The notes beneath the pieces were generated by a model. The model worked only from the letters and a program-made list of their open reading frames with translations, was not told the DNA's origin and searched no databases. The translations under genes were made by a program, and so were the position numbers. Positions 1 through 12,421 of a stretch of 64,000 bases of DNA are shown in pieces (position 1 is the first letter of the stretch; each line of letters starts with the position of its first letter). Origin of the DNA: Mitosporidium daphniae. Its lineage: Eukaryota. The stretch is from the NCBI RefSeq assembly GCF_000760515.2, contig NW_013546143.1, forward strand, positions 1 to 64,000, read 5' to 3'.

Positions 1-392
1 TCCAATTTGATGTTTGAGCCTCTTTTTGATCCCCCCCTTGCCTATCAAAGGTACAAACGCGCCTTTGAAGTGGTCGCTGGGTGCTCCAGGGTTAGGCGCC
101 ATTTCTAAAAATAGATTTTGGACGTGGGGTGTGGAGGCGGACAGTTTTTGGAGTTTTTTCGAGGCCAATTGCTTTTTCCTTAGCTCAAAGAAGGGTTAGG
201 CAAAATCTACGCTGTAAAAAAATCTTATTTGAATTTTAGGGGTCATGGCAGCTGATGCAACGCTCAGCCCAATTTCAAAATACACACCAATGCTTTTATT
301 TTTGCTTTATTTTCCACTGCAGCATTAATTTAGCATTTATGCGTCTGCCATCCAATGCCTCTTTTTGATCAATTTTTCTCGTATCTCCAGCT

Positions 393-1110
393 TTAGTTTG
401 CCATATGCTCTAGAGCGCTGCATGTGGCAGCTTTTGAGTTTGAAATTTCGGCAAGGTATTCGGGAAAGATCCATTCCGATAGAATAGCTAAACCTTGGCC
501 CTTAAAAGAGGATGATGAGACCGTGGCTTCGATCATGGATAGGATGGTTCGGCAAAATTCCAAAATTTTTTCTAAATTCTTCTCCACCATTAAATGGCCA
601 GACGTTGAAAGTGAAATGTTAGATAGCTTTTCTAAGTATGCCAGGGCTTCTGATGCCGTGCAAAATGCCATGACAACTGATCTCGAAATCGGAGATAGGC
701 CCTTCAACGTGCAATAGTAGGATATGGATTCGTCCCATCGCACCGCACTTTCCTATTGCTAAGAAGATACCAAAACATGCCTCCTCAATGGTGTGCAGAA
801 TTGCAATTAGGAAAAAGGCTACGGACACTTTTGCAGAAACTTTAGCCTCTCCACACCCTATATAGGTGAAGGGGAACAAAAATCACATACTTTTGACAAT
901 TTCTTTGTTGGAGACATGCGATCGACATTCTTTTCCATTGCACGAGCCCTTGAACGAAAAATCATACAGTTGGCATATTGACCTGGGATCCCCGTCGCAA
1001 ATGACAAAGTCCAACATCTGTCCCGACCCGTCCAAGGATGAAAACTCAAACATCTGATAGCGTTGCGATGTGGCTCCATGCGAAAGTAGCAAGCAACTGA
1101 AATGCGCCAT
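393..1110 (-). CDS. Hypothetical protein, multi-exon; 3' end uncertain
   Basis: ORF pieces 883-1110, 619-879 and 393-743 can be joined by a GTATGT..TAG intron and a GCATGT..TAG intron (780-753). The ATG at 1110 is divergent from the 1183 gene across an AAATTT tract. No family recognised, and a plus-strand reading (424-717) cannot be excluded. Confidence 0.35.
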
Positions 1111-1182
1111 GGGAGCAGAAAGCAGTAAACTTGCAGCTAAAAAAATAAATTTTCAGACACAGCAATTTTTCAAACGATCCCC

Positions 1183-4100
1183 ATGCGGCTTGGCCATTCG
1201 TCAGGCATGGCCGGCTATTGCCTGCATCGAACGGCCTCTTGGCGTGCAAAATATTCTTCACATGCTAAATCACCTTCTGAATTCTCGTTGGATGTGCTGA
1301 TGCGTGATATTGACATCTTTGGTGATGACAACTACGGTCTGCAAGGCAGGATCTCCAACTATCTCTCGTGGATGCAAACATCGGGATATGACCGCAAATC
1401 TGAAGACACCAGGCAGGCCAATTTTACAGAAAATTCACAAGACATTCAGAAATCCGATCCTCTTTCTTTGCTACGGGGAAATATGCCCCTCCGATATCAA
1501 ATCCATGGATTTCTAAACGCCGTTACGGCCCAGCAAATCACATTCGACCGGCTTGATGCCGTTCAGATTCTTGCCTATTTGCTTGCATATGACGACTCAT
1601 TTTCTGTCGGGGAACGGCTTATTCGCATCGTCCGCTCTCACGAGCAGCTGACTCGGAGTATGCATCTCTTTTCGCTGGAAGAAAAAAACGCCATCATCTA
1701 TAGAATGCTGCAACTCTCCACACAGGTCTTCCATATTGGTGTTCTCGCCTCTTTAGTGGAGCATTTCTTCCAGTGCAAGGAAAACAGAAAAGCACTCAAT
1801 TTGAATGTAAAGTCCATTGAATACCAACATCTCTCCATGGCGCGCTCCATCTTACACCTGATGGCAATCAAGGGAGCACGCCTAGATTTTCGAATCTTAA
1901 AGCTGCTACTAAGAGCATATCGCAACCATCTGGCTACTTACCTGCGTAGTGACCATGGTAGCCGCCAAAAAATTATCGTCATCCCCATTACCGAGTTCAT
2001 TGTAGGACTTGAGGCGGCCCTTGGAGCACCCCACGGCTTAAGTGCCCCCACATCTGGTGCTATAAGTGCTTCAGCATCTTTTAGAACTTTGGAATCGGTC
2101 GATGTTCCTTGTTTGGTTCTCGAAATCTTTGTGCTGCAGTTACACCTGAGGTTATCAAGCCTTGCCGATGGAATTTCAGACTCTAACCGCCTTTTCTATG
2201 ACGAGATCTCCAGTCGTATCCGACGTAAATCTTGTGTATTTGAGCATCTACGCTCGCGTCTTTGTGTACAAGCGCCACAGATTCTTTTTGAGCTCGATCC
2301 CTCCTTTGATCGGCAGCAAGCCTTTCTCTACCACCGTGCACTAGAGTTTTCCACCGGAACTGTTCCTTTTCGGTCTTGGATGGTCTTTTTGCATAAAAAA
2401 CATGATGCCAATTTTAGAGCAAAAGATGGGCATTCCGATGATGTCAGTGTCGATGGCACCACTACGTGCGAACATATTCTTGCATGCAGTCGGTTGGGCT
2501 TTCGTGCGTTGTCGGAAATTTCAGACTCTGAAGTTCGAGAGCTTATTTTTCTTGTTCTCGGGCCCAAGATTAGACCCCCCTCTTCATCAGCCATGGCAGT
2601 TTATCCACTTCTTGATATTTTGTGGACCAAGGACACCCTAGTTCCTTTAGCGCAGTCTCTTATGAATGCCATTGCTGGAGATGTACGTAAGTCTGATACA
2701 CAGCTGCGGGCCCTGCGTGGCTGGCTTGTTTTGAAGGTCTTGCAGTTTTCTTTGGAAACGCTTACCAATTCAGGACCAAATGCAAGGTATCGCCAAAAAT
2801 CAGCCCAGTCATCGATAGAACCTTCTGTGATGTTAACGGGCCCTTCTAGCTCTGGAAGTAAACTAGATGTCCTGGTAACGTGGTTTAGGCGATCCTCGTT
2901 GTACGAGGGTCCTGTGAGTTCCATACCACGCCTTCAGACGGAAAAATTTGCTGTCGATAAGTTCATCTTTTCTCTTTTCACAATTGGCGGGACTTATCTC
3001 TCGTTCGTCTCGTCAATTCTCAATCTTTCAATGGCAAAGTCGATGCGGTCATCGGCAAACTTTCTTTATCTACTCGACGCACATGCATGGATAGCAACCA
3101 TATCGCTGTTGTGGGAACGGAAAAGATACAATCCAATCGTGGACTTTTATCGGCTATTTATTGAAACAGACAACAACAACAACAGCGCGTTTTGGCTGCC
3201 TCAAGGGGGAAAGTATCTCGCTAGAGAGCACCTCTCAGAGGCTGAGATAACGGAAATTGAGGATGGCCCATCCACGGCATTTTCGCACAATGGAGTCCGT
3301 GATGTTAATGCTAGACCTAGTGTATTATTTGATGATCTTTTTCTTGATCCTCTGATAAAAGCCCATGAAGAGGAGGGAGACCCCTGCGAGCATTTGGTCG
3401 CCGTTGATAACATGTCGGGCCAAACCATTGATAGTTCGCAGTGGATCCTTTCCAGATCATACAGGATACACCATGTGATGCGGTTGTTGGACATCCTCAT
3501 CATGGCAATGGTTATAAAGAGCGAATGGCAGCTGCTTTTGGGGTTGCTCTATCGCATTAAAGAGACCCTCCCTAGGGCCATTCCAGTCTCAAAAATCGTA
3601 AACAGACTACGAAGCCACATCCCATTTATTTTGCAAAATCTTTGTGGCGGCTTCATCCTCAACGACCAGAGCCATCTGGAAACAAGGCACCCAAAAGACA
3701 GGGATTTTCAAGCAAAGCCTGAGCGTACGAAATACAATCCGAATAGGACAGTCCATCTACAGGGGGAGTATGGCACGAGAATCGAGTTTTTTCCAAGGGA
3801 GCAGCCGCAATTCCCACACAGACCTTATCTCGTCGTGCAGATTGAGCAAACCCGAGTGCCATGCACACTCCCATGCCTTCCCGATCATATGAGCATGTCG
3901 CAATTTGGAAACCTGTTGCCGCTGATCCAATGGGGCCCCTACAAACGGAGCCGCCAATTTGATCCCGGATCGCTGGCCACACGAATACCCGAGTATGTAA
4001 AGGATGTGGGGGCGTTGAGATCATATTTGAAATCCGACACAACGGTCTTTTCGGCCGACGAAATCCAAGCATTGCGATTGGTGTTGTTTACTGTCCATAT

Positions 4101-4206
4101 CAAACCCGGGTCCACAGACCATAATAGAAATGGTGCTGATGGGATCAATCTTCTAGATCACGATGGCAATAGGGTGAAGGAGCGTATATTTAGGTGGCAA
4201 CGATAA
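1183..4206 (+). CDS. Large intronless hypothetical protein (1007 aa), helical, possible mitochondrial presequence
   Basis: 3-kb uninterrupted ORF. The N-terminus is R/S-rich and lacks acidic residues. No family motif recognised. Confidence 0.8.
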   Translation: MRLGHSSGMAGYCLHRTASWRAKYSSHAKSPSEFSLDVLMRDIDIFGDDNYGLQGRISNYLSWMQTSGYDRKSEDTRQANFTENSQDIQKSDPLSLLRGNMPLRYQIHGFLNAVTAQQITFDRLDAVQILAYLLAYDDSFSVGERLIRIVRSHEQLTRSMHLFSLEEKNAIIYRMLQLSTQVFHIGVLASLVEHFFQCKENRKALNLNVKSIEYQHLSMARSILHLMAIKGARLDFRILKLLLRAYRNHLATYLRSDHGSRQKIIVIPITEFIVGLEAALGAPHGLSAPTSGAISASASFRTLESVDVPCLVLEIFVLQLHLRLSSLADGISDSNRLFYDEISSRIRRKSCVFEHLRSRLCVQAPQILFELDPSFDRQQAFLYHRALEFSTGTVPFRSWMVFLHKKHDANFRAKDGHSDDVSVDGTTTCEHILACSRLGFRALSEISDSEVRELIFLVLGPKIRPPSSSAMAVYPLLDILWTKDTLVPLAQSLMNAIAGDVRKSDTQLRALRGWLVLKVLQFSLETLTNSGPNARYRQKSAQSSIEPSVMLTGPSSSGSKLDVLVTWFRRSSLYEGPVSSIPRLQTEKFAVDKFIFSLFTIGGTYLSFVSSILNLSMAKSMRSSANFLYLLDAHAWIATISLLWERKRYNPIVDFYRLFIETDNNNNSAFWLPQGGKYLAREHLSEAEITEIEDGPSTAFSHNGVRDVNARPSVLFDDLFLDPLIKAHEEEGDPCEHLVAVDNMSGQTIDSSQWILSRSYRIHHVMRLLDILIMAMVIKSEWQLLLGLLYRIKETLPRAIPVSKIVNRLRSHIPFILQNLCGGFILNDQSHLETRHPKDRDFQAKPERTKYNPNRTVHLQGEYGTRIEFFPREQPQFPHRPYLVVQIEQTRVPCTLPCLPDHMSMSQFGNLLPLIQWGPYKRSRQFDPGSLATRIPEYVKDVGALRSYLKSDTTVFSADEIQALRLVLFTVHIKPGSTDHNRNGADGINLLDHDGNRVKERIFRWQR

Positions 4207-4397
4207 ATCTGAATGTAACCCTAAGCTCGATGAGGAGCCATTGTTCAATGGGTGCGGAATGCCTTTGTAAATTAAACTTTAATTTGGCGCCAATCAGAAA
4301 GACCCCAGCCCTGTGGTCGCACTGCAGCACAAACAAATGTAAAGATGGCCAGAGGCCACAATTCAGCAAAACCCCATCTGCATACATCGTAATTTGA

Positions 4398-7014
4398 ATG
4401 GGCTCCATGCACGAAAGCAAGCCCACGGCCTTTGTACACCCGTCGCGCCGGAGGGAATATTTTGAAACGGAACTTCAGACCCAGGTGACTCTGAGCCCTA
4501 TTTTCGGCGCAAAGCCATTTATTGGCTGCTCTTCTGACAGCCGCCCCAGGGAGGAAAGATCAGTAGAAGAGGTGTATGGGCCCAATGGCATTCAATTGGA
4601 TGAGCCGATAAAGTTTGTAATCAGCGCATCGGAATCAGATGTGCGAACACCTACTTTGGAGGATAAAGAGCAATCTTCTCCTATTTTGTCTCCGACGAGC
4701 ACCCCTGCCCGCACATTGCGAAAAAGATATCAAATGCAGGGAAATGGAAAGGCGGACTCAAGTTGCGACCATCAACAAAAACAAAATGCCTACCAATTTG
4801 AGGATAAAATAGATTGCTCCTCCGAACTAATTGGAAGCTCTCTAGGTAAGTAAATGTTGAAAATTTGTCGGCCTTTCTTGTCTGAAAATTTGTCGGCCTT
4901 TCTTGTCTGAAAATTTTTCGGCTTTTCTTGTTTGAAATTGACTAACTGTGGTGGTAGATGAGCGACTACCTGGTGCCAAAAAAAGGATTCTGCAGGCATT
5001 CCAATCATCCATAAAGTCATTTTCCACACAAATCACGGACAGCTTGATACAAACAAAAGGATTGCTGCCGCTGCCGTTGAACAACGAATATTTTGAAGAA
5101 ATTTCGTGTGCACCGATCGACCCATATTCGGTGGTCGAATACGACATGGATTTGGAAGGTATGCTGCGAATCTTGTCTTTAGATGCGGAATGGCTTCGAC
5201 TTTACAACGAGCAACATGCAGACGCAAAGGCGTATACATTTACCGAGAACGACTTTGAGGCTGCCATTGATGCATTTGAAAAAGAGTGGCATTCGCTGGT
5301 AAGTTTTTTTTACAAGCCCTAGATAAATCCGTTAATCCTAAAGGAAGAGTTCAACACCGAAGTGTCAGACGATTCTTGTTGCGATGTCTGTGGATCTCCA
5401 GACGCGTCGAATGCAAACGCGATAATATTTTGTGACCGATGTGACATGGCCGTCCACCAGGAATGCTACGGGGTGCCTAGTATTCCAGAGGGAAGATGGC
5501 TATGCACCAAGTGTGGACTGATTCCAAATTCCATTGTCAACTGCACGCTGTGCCCGCATTATGAAGGTGCCATCAAACCCACTGACGACGGAGGTTGGGC
5601 ACACATAGCTTGTGCACACTATATTGAAGAGACCGGGTTTTCAAACGAAACGTATTTGGAGCCGATCACTGGAATTTCGCAGATTTCCCCGGCAAGGTTG
5701 AAGCTAAAGTGCTTTCTTTGCAAAATCAAACACGGGGCACCGATCCAATGCTCTTCAAAACATTGTAATGTTTCGTTCCACGTAAGATGTGCGCAACTGG
5801 CAAACTTGAGCATGGATTATATGCATAAACGCACATATTGCCCTAGACACACTCCAAACGGCCAAAAAGATAGGACTTTTAATGGGATCGAACTCAACGC
5901 ACAAGGTACAATGCCAACTGAACCGATACAAACGGTTAACCACCAATATTTTGTTCCCAAAGGCTTCAAAGTTGAAGGTGCATCATCAGAAACCCTGCCC
6001 ACTCTGGTTCCAAACATAGCCGAAAAAAATGAACAACCAAACAGTGAGCCTATTAAGATTTCGCAGATGCCACCTGTATCTCCAGAAGTTATTTTTTCCA
6101 GAATTAGAAATGGCGAGCCATGGAAGCACGATTCGAACAAGTTTCCGTGGAAAAAGGTATCAACGGAGTCTTCCCATCAATTTGAGCATTTTTTGAGGTC
6201 CGTAGCAAGATATTGGTCGCTTAAAAGAGACTTCAAGGGGGTGTCCTTGATTCGACGATTGTATCTTGAAAATTCAAGCCCCTCAAGTTCACTGTCCGAA
6301 GATGTTTTGGAAGAAATTACACAAAGGTTGAGGGGCGTCCGATTTCAACTTGAAATGATCAGGAGCCTAGTTGAGCTCAACAAAAGGCTGTTTGAATTGA
6401 AGCTAAAAGATTTGCAGCAAATAGGACGCATTTCAAACTTACTGCGAGTGCCCACTTATCATGAACAGAAAGACGTGTTGCAAAAGTTAAAGTCCATTGA
6501 TAAGCAAAAATATTTTCGAGAACCCGTATCGGTTGAGTATGCGCCAGACTATTTGGATATTATAGAAAATCCGATGGATTTTGCAACGATCGAGTTCAAG
6601 TTAACGACAGGAAAATATCTGCAAAAGGCTCAATTGCTAATACCCTCAACAAGCAAAGATTCTGTGCATCAACAAATTTCATCTGCGGCATGGGAACTAT
6701 TCAAAAAAGATTTTGACCTCATCTGCTTTAATGCAACGACATACAATGGCCCCAAAACAAGATGGTACAAGGCAGCACAAAATCTAAACGCCCTTGGGAC
6801 GCCTCTCATTGAGCAAAGGCAGAAGGCCTCTTTGTGTTTCCTCAAAGAGGCCATAGATTGGATGCAAAGCCCCATTTCAGAGTATTTGCAAGTTTTGTGC
6901 CACCAGTTGTGCCCCTATTCCAAGCTGCCAATAGAAGAGCTTTTTGATGAACAAAAATATGGCAGCTCCTATAAAAAAAGCAATCCCTACTCGCTGATTG
7001 ATGTGGAATACTAG
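4398..7014 (+). CDS. NTO1: NuA3/MOZ HAT scaffold subunit (Nto1/BRPF-like): EPL1-like region, PHD, C5HC2H zinc finger, bromodomain
   Basis: Motifs YDMD..D.EWL, CDVC..IIFCDRCDMAVHQECYGV, WAHIACA, HVRCA and bromodomain FREPV..APDYLDIIENPMD. Introns 4846-4957 and 5299-5322 restore the frame. Confidence 0.92.
4859..4933. repeat. 25-bp tandem repeat x3 inside NTO1 intron 1
   Basis: gaaaatttgtcggcctttcttgtct twice, then gaaaatttttcggcttttcttgttt. Confidence 0.95.
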
Positions 7015-7020
7015 CGACGC

Positions 7021-8337
7021 TCAACCGAAAATGTCTTTGTGCGGCCGCCTAAATAGCACACCGCCCAACGTATCCCTATTTAAGTCCTCTATTTTGAGAC
7101 ATTCGCTGACAAAGCACAACATGGTGTTGAAAGGTCCCTTTTGCCAAACATACACCAAAACTAAACATGTAACTTGGAAAAAATCGCCAAACTTGTCTCT
7201 GCAGGTGTGCAGCCCGTCGCTGATCCGAGACACAGAACATTGATCACCGTTCCATGATACAGAGAGGATGCAAAGCAAGCCCCATTGTGCATGCTTGGAA
7301 TGGGCACATTTGCTGTTGACGAGCAGGAAAGAACCAAGGCAGCGCAAGATGCATCCGCACAAATCGGTTCCGCTAAAGCGGACGCGGCCAAAGTGTTGGA
7401 GCGGAGAGTCCAGTGTGATTCTGAATCTTGAAGGACCGAAAATTGACAACTGTCGTTTTCCATTTGAACGAAATTGGATATTGATGCGTTCAAGATGATA
7501 GTAGATCCAAAAACACATGCTTTCCTAAAAACACGCTCAAATGTGTACCACGTACCTTATGAAGACCTGTAAAATTTCAAAATTCGAGTGTTGAGGAAAT
7601 AGCATTGGAGAAGTTGGCGTGCATGCTTTTCCAATCACATCATTTCCATCGTGCTCCTCGTCATCAATGTCAGAACAGGAGGGATGGAAGCGACCAATCG
7701 CCGATTTAAATTTCTGGAGGCGACTTTTAATGGTCTCATCGCTTGCGTTCTCTGCCTCCAAGGCTGAAGCGAAATTGCAATATCCAAAAAGAACCATTTC
7801 ACGAAATAAAGGGTCAAACGTGGAAAGCGTTTCCATAGACAGCGTTTCAACTTGATCCAATATGCGCATGAAGGATCTTTTTTTGAGCAGCGAAAAGGAG
7901 CGGTCCGAAAACACATCTTCTTTCGAAAGTGGAAGCTACAATCAACCCCAATGCCAACGAACCTTATAATGGCGGCCCTCAAACAAATAATAAAGCGGCT
8001 TGACCTCGATCATCGACAAATAATCGGAAGAAATTTTCAGCTCAATGCAGGAATCGACAACAGGGTGCCTTGTTCCCAGCGGACATGCGCCAAAATCAAT
8101 CAAAATGCTCTGAGCCTGCGGGGAGCACCACGACTTCTCGATTTGGATAGTTGAAATATCACAATCAGATGAATGGATTTCTTGCAGAGACCGGGCACAA
8201 TCCACGCTCCCGCCAAAAAAGGGGCTTTTCTCGACCATTAGAACCTTTTTGCCAGCCGCAGCTTGCACGGCAGCATTGATGCACGTTGACAAGCTTGTAG
8301 AATCAAAGAGCACATCAATGGATTCCCTTGTGTTCAT
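7021..8337 (-). CDS. MRS6: Rab escort protein (REP/GDI family; Rab GGTase component A); 3' end approximate
   Basis: DVLFDSTSL..AAAGKKVLMVEKSPFFGG; LPLSKEDVFSDRSFSLLKKR (REP-type); SPMLFPQH..EILQVFIR|KACVFG across the 31-nt intron 7555-7525. Confidence 0.8.
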
Positions 8338-8373
8338 TGCAGTTAAAATTTTCTTAAATTTTAATTTTATTTT

Positions 8374-8664
8374 ATGACCCCAGAAAAGGACTTGGAAACT
8401 TGTCCGGCTGCGTCACGATTGCCACGTAGTCGTGGCAGCTCATATAATAGAGAGGAAAGGGATAAATGCTGGAAATCCAAGGAACGCTACTTTGAATGTC
8501 TTGATAAAAAGGGCGATGCCAATTGTGGGGGTGAATATGAAGAGTTTTCCAAGCGGTGCCCAGAAGTGTGGGTTAATTATTTTGTTTCCAAACGAACATA
8601 CACGATCCGAATGGAGGAGGCCAAAAAACGGCTGGAAGAAGAAATTTCAAAATCTACAAACTGA
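8374..8664 (+). CDS. COA6: Cytochrome c oxidase assembly factor 6 (COX6B/COA6 family)
   Basis: REERDKCWKSKERYFECLD..C..YEEF..RCPEVWVNYFVSKR, the Cx9CxnCx10C pattern. Confidence 0.85.
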   Translation: MTPEKDLETCPAASRLPRSRGSSYNREERDKCWKSKERYFECLDKKGDANCGGEYEEFSKRCPEVWVNYFVSKRTYTIRMEEAKKRLEEEISKSTN

Positions 8665-8796
8665 GTGGTAGCAACGTTGGGCTGCATAAATGTGTTACAT
8701 GACTATTCCTGTTTATTATTGGATTTACTGAGGCCCATTAAAAGATACCATAATTCACTGCGCGCGTATCACAGTTAGAAACATGTGTGCGGCAAG

Positions 8797-10285
8797 TTAT
8801 ATTTGGAAAAGGCTAACGAAAGAGAAAAGGCTAATGCACATACTGTTGACGCTTGATCAGCTCACATTCGCCTCCATTTTCAAAGTTGACTCTATATGTG
8901 TACAAGGAGCCCGAATAGGTTGCAACCACAAGCAAGTTACTGGTAGCGTTGGAAGGGTTAGCTCTTACTTGACAATGGCGCATATTACCCTTCGTGTCTT
9001 TTCCGGGATTTTGGCATATGCAAAGTGCCTTTCTGGCTCCAAGGCATCATTGATTGTCGATGGCAAAAGAGAGCCGATCACGCTACGGAGGGGTTAGAAA
9101 AAAGTCAATTGAAACCCGGAAGATGCCGAAAAAGAGCCACATCCACTGCTTGTAAATGGCAACAAGCGGAAAATGTGAATCGTGTCTGATTCCTCAGACG
9201 CCGCCACGAGAAAAGTAGAGTTCTGAGAGAAAGACAAATAGGTAATGGATATGGGAAACGAGCCTCTTCGGAATTGATACCGACAAATCCCGTCTGGAAG
9301 GCTAAATATCCTAATGATTGTGCCCTATGAGAAATGGGGAGGCAAGTCTCGATTACCTTGTCAGAGGCGGTGGCTATCAGATTCCCAGAAGTATTAAACT
9401 TTACATAAACTAATGGAGATTTGTGCGCCTGAACTATTTTTAACGCTGGTTTTGGCTTGCATGCGTCAGAGGTTGTCGCGTTCACGGGCTCCGAAGCAAA
9501 CGCGTCATAAACCAGCAGATCTCCGGGCGAAGATATGTCTGGAATTGCGAAATATGGCTCTTCCGAATTTGGAGATAAGCTGACGATGTGTCTTCCCGTG
9601 GAAACCTGCAACGTGGGCAGCAAGACACCGTCGTCTGTCGGCTCTTTGCCTTCGCCCGACGAAACTGCGGTGAAGGAAAAGGATGACGATGGAATGGTCA
9701 AATAAAATAGCTTTGCCATCGTGGACATGTCGTAAATAAAGACTTGGCCATCACAATTGACCAACAGCCTTTTTCTGTTCATTTGGACGTGAAAGATGGT
9801 CGATGGAAATCGCAGGTCATACATAACAGAACCGTGCTTTGTATTGATCAGAGAGAGCGTTCTGGCGCTGGAAAGGGCGCCTAGCCAAGAAAGCACAGAT
9901 TGCGTACCTTTTGGAATGGAATTAGATGGGCCGCCACCAAGGGGCAGCTCGGTTTCGCTCGAACCCCGGGGCGACGTGAGGCGGAGACGGCCGTCTCCAA
10001 GCCCAACGACGCCGATCATGCTTGTACAAAAGAGCATGGATACGATTCTGGCGCCGCTTTCCCGATTGTCGTCTTGAGGTAAACCATTTGTGCACACATG
10101 CTTACCAAGGTAATCGTAGCACAGGGAAAGCGGATCGCAATTGAAGATTTTAAACCCGTGCGTGGTGCCGACTGCCAAGCATCTGCAGGTAAGCTATGAA
10201 TGACAGCATACGATAGGTCCTGGTTGAATTCGAGCCACAGGATCATCTCATTTGTGAAGGACGAGGAGCAGGAAGAATCACCCAT
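8797..10285 (-). CDS. ATG18: PROPPIN autophagy beta-propeller Atg18/WIPI
   Basis: FNQDLS|CLAVGT, AHKSPL..F..SG..IATASDK|GTIIRIF, YQFRRG lipid-binding motif, [15 protein letters not shown]. Several short introns. Confidence 0.93.
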
Positions 10286-10381
10286 CGTAAAAATGATCAA
10301 ATTTTACATTTAAAATTTCAGCTGCTTCGTACAATGTGGCATGCATGTGCAATAAAATTTACTTTTTGCATCGCCATCAGA

Positions 10382-10919
10382 ATGACATCGATACTTTATT
10401 ACATTAGCCTTCCCGTGTACTGGATCTTTGGAATCCTCTACCCAATCTATCAGTCGTACAAAGCCGTCGAGGCCAGAGGCATTGCGGAGACCGCGCTAGG
10501 TACATATTTGTCACTTTTTTCCAGATGAATCGACCCAGGGAATCAGCGCTCAAAAGTCGACGGGTGGCGTTTCCCATTGGGTCAACTTTTGGATAGTCTC
10601 GAACCTGATGCATCTGATCACTGGAATTCTGGAGCATGGAAGCCCGGAAAACATGCCTGCTTTCTACATTATCTTTAAAATGGTTGCATTGGTGTATCTT
10701 CCTCTTGCCGAATCCGATTTGTCCGGAAAGTTTCTCGAATGCTGCGTGACGCCATTCTTTAAACCGCTTGTGCCGGAAATCGATTCTGCCTTCAACGATG
10801 TAATGAATGAACTCACCACAAAATCATCCAAGCTCTTCGACATGGCCAAAACAAAAGCATCTGCAAAAAGAGGGGCGCTTCCAAGGAAGCCATCTCCCCC
10901 CGCTCCATCTTCTAGCTAA
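10382..10919 (+). CDS. TB2/DP1/HVA22 (Yop1/REEP) ER-shaping protein
   Basis: GILYPIYQSYKAVE, HWVNFWIV, FYIIFKM..LVYL. One short intron near 10500-10525. Confidence 0.85.
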
Positions 10920-11117
10920 ATCAATAAAAGTTTGTAGGAATTGACTCTCACAGCGGGCCCAAATTACGTCTCAACCCCTTTGCGTTACAAGCAATTGCCA
11001 ATGATTGCACATCAATGGATGGCTGCTTGGGGTGGCCGCGGGAATTTCCCATCCATCCATCGATTGATGGTGGGTTACCATTTCAGGCTTTGTTGTCCGA
11101 TTGATTTTTCAAATGTT

Positions 11118-12373
11118 CTATTTTTTAATACTGAGCCACTTTTCGTCGTCCCCTTGTCCAAGCTTGACGACACACAATTTTTTAACGAGCTCTTTAAAAA
11201 GCTCTTTGTTGGAAGGGTTGGCCTTCAAAGGCCCCTTTAGTAGCAGAATCAAGTCCTTCACCTTGATTGGGCCATTTTGGAGATGCGGGAGAATATCTGC
11301 ATCCGTAAGTAGCATGGAGTCATGGCCCACTGAAGAGGCGGGCAAGGAGACCCTGGCTTTTTTCAAAGGTCCATTGGTGTTCTAAGGAAAGATCTGCCAC
11401 AGCTACCTACCTTGGCGACGACTTCGGGCACCTCTTTTTTCTCCAATGGCAAGGCCACATTTTCGGTTCGCTCGTCTTCTTCAGATGAATAGGATAGCGA
11501 ATCCTCAGGTAAAACTTCGGATTCATCCTCATCGGATTGATAAAGGTTCGATTTATCCAGGTGGCGAAGTGTCTTTCGCATCTCTCGTCCTGCTATTGTG
11601 AGGGTCTAAGGTAAAAAAGCCCCCAGTACTGATTTAGTTGTCCGATCCTTGATGGCCTCACTACCTTCGTTGGTATCATCTTCATCGTCATCAAAGACAT
11701 CATCGTAGTCCAATCCCTCAATTTCCTTGAATTAGAAAGGAAGGGGATACATACATCGGGAACATGATCTGGGCGCTCCTCTTCATCGATTTCGACGACA
11801 GCCTCTTTTTTCATGACAATCTGTTCCAAACGCGTTGTGGGCTGCAGTTTCCTGGTGTTTTCGGCCTCCTCCTTGAGACCGATGTTTGTGGAAAGCGAAA
11901 GCCGGGGCGAAAATCGGTACCATTTGTTGACCAGTAACACTCTAAACTCGGCGCCCTATTCTTGTCATGGCATGCGGTGCTACCTGATTGACGAATAAAA
12001 CATATTTTTGCTGTTGCCCCCCTTCAAGTCGCGAAGAGTAGGACTTTCCATCGCCATCCTCCAGAACCCAAGGTGCTGCTTCTTCCGCTTTGAGGGCCTT
12101 TTGAGTTGGAGATTCAAAATGGGTGATAATTTGCGAGCGTCTCTTTAATCTTGGATTTGACGAGGCAAGATTTTCTTCGCCATCCATCGGAGGAGACGCC
12201 TCCGAAATGGCGTCTTTGGAGTTTCGATATAAACGTACGGGTGGCACAAATTCGGAAAAGGGAAGAGCACCGCCTCCCTTTTCGGGCATCAGCATGACGT
12301 GGTAGTTTGTTGATTGCAGAAAGGACTTGATTTTGTACTCGCTATACTTTGGGGCCTGGCTATTCGAGGACAT
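11118..12373 (-). CDS. TFG1: TFIIF large subunit (RAP74/Tfg1)
   Basis: F.PPVRLYR, EAAPWVLEDGDG..Y.SRLEGG..KYVLF, VNKWYRF, an acidic region and a C-terminal winged-helix-like IKVKDLI. Several short introns. Confidence 0.85.
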
Positions 12374-12421
12374 CAATGAAAATGGAAAATAATTTGGAAG
12401 TAGCGCAATTTTTAAAGACAC

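Noticed and set aside
10960..11060. RNase P/MRP RNA from GGGAAATTCCC and AGGGGTT
   Set aside because: The putative P4 strands are only about 65 nt apart and pair weakly. Kept only as a generic structured spacer.
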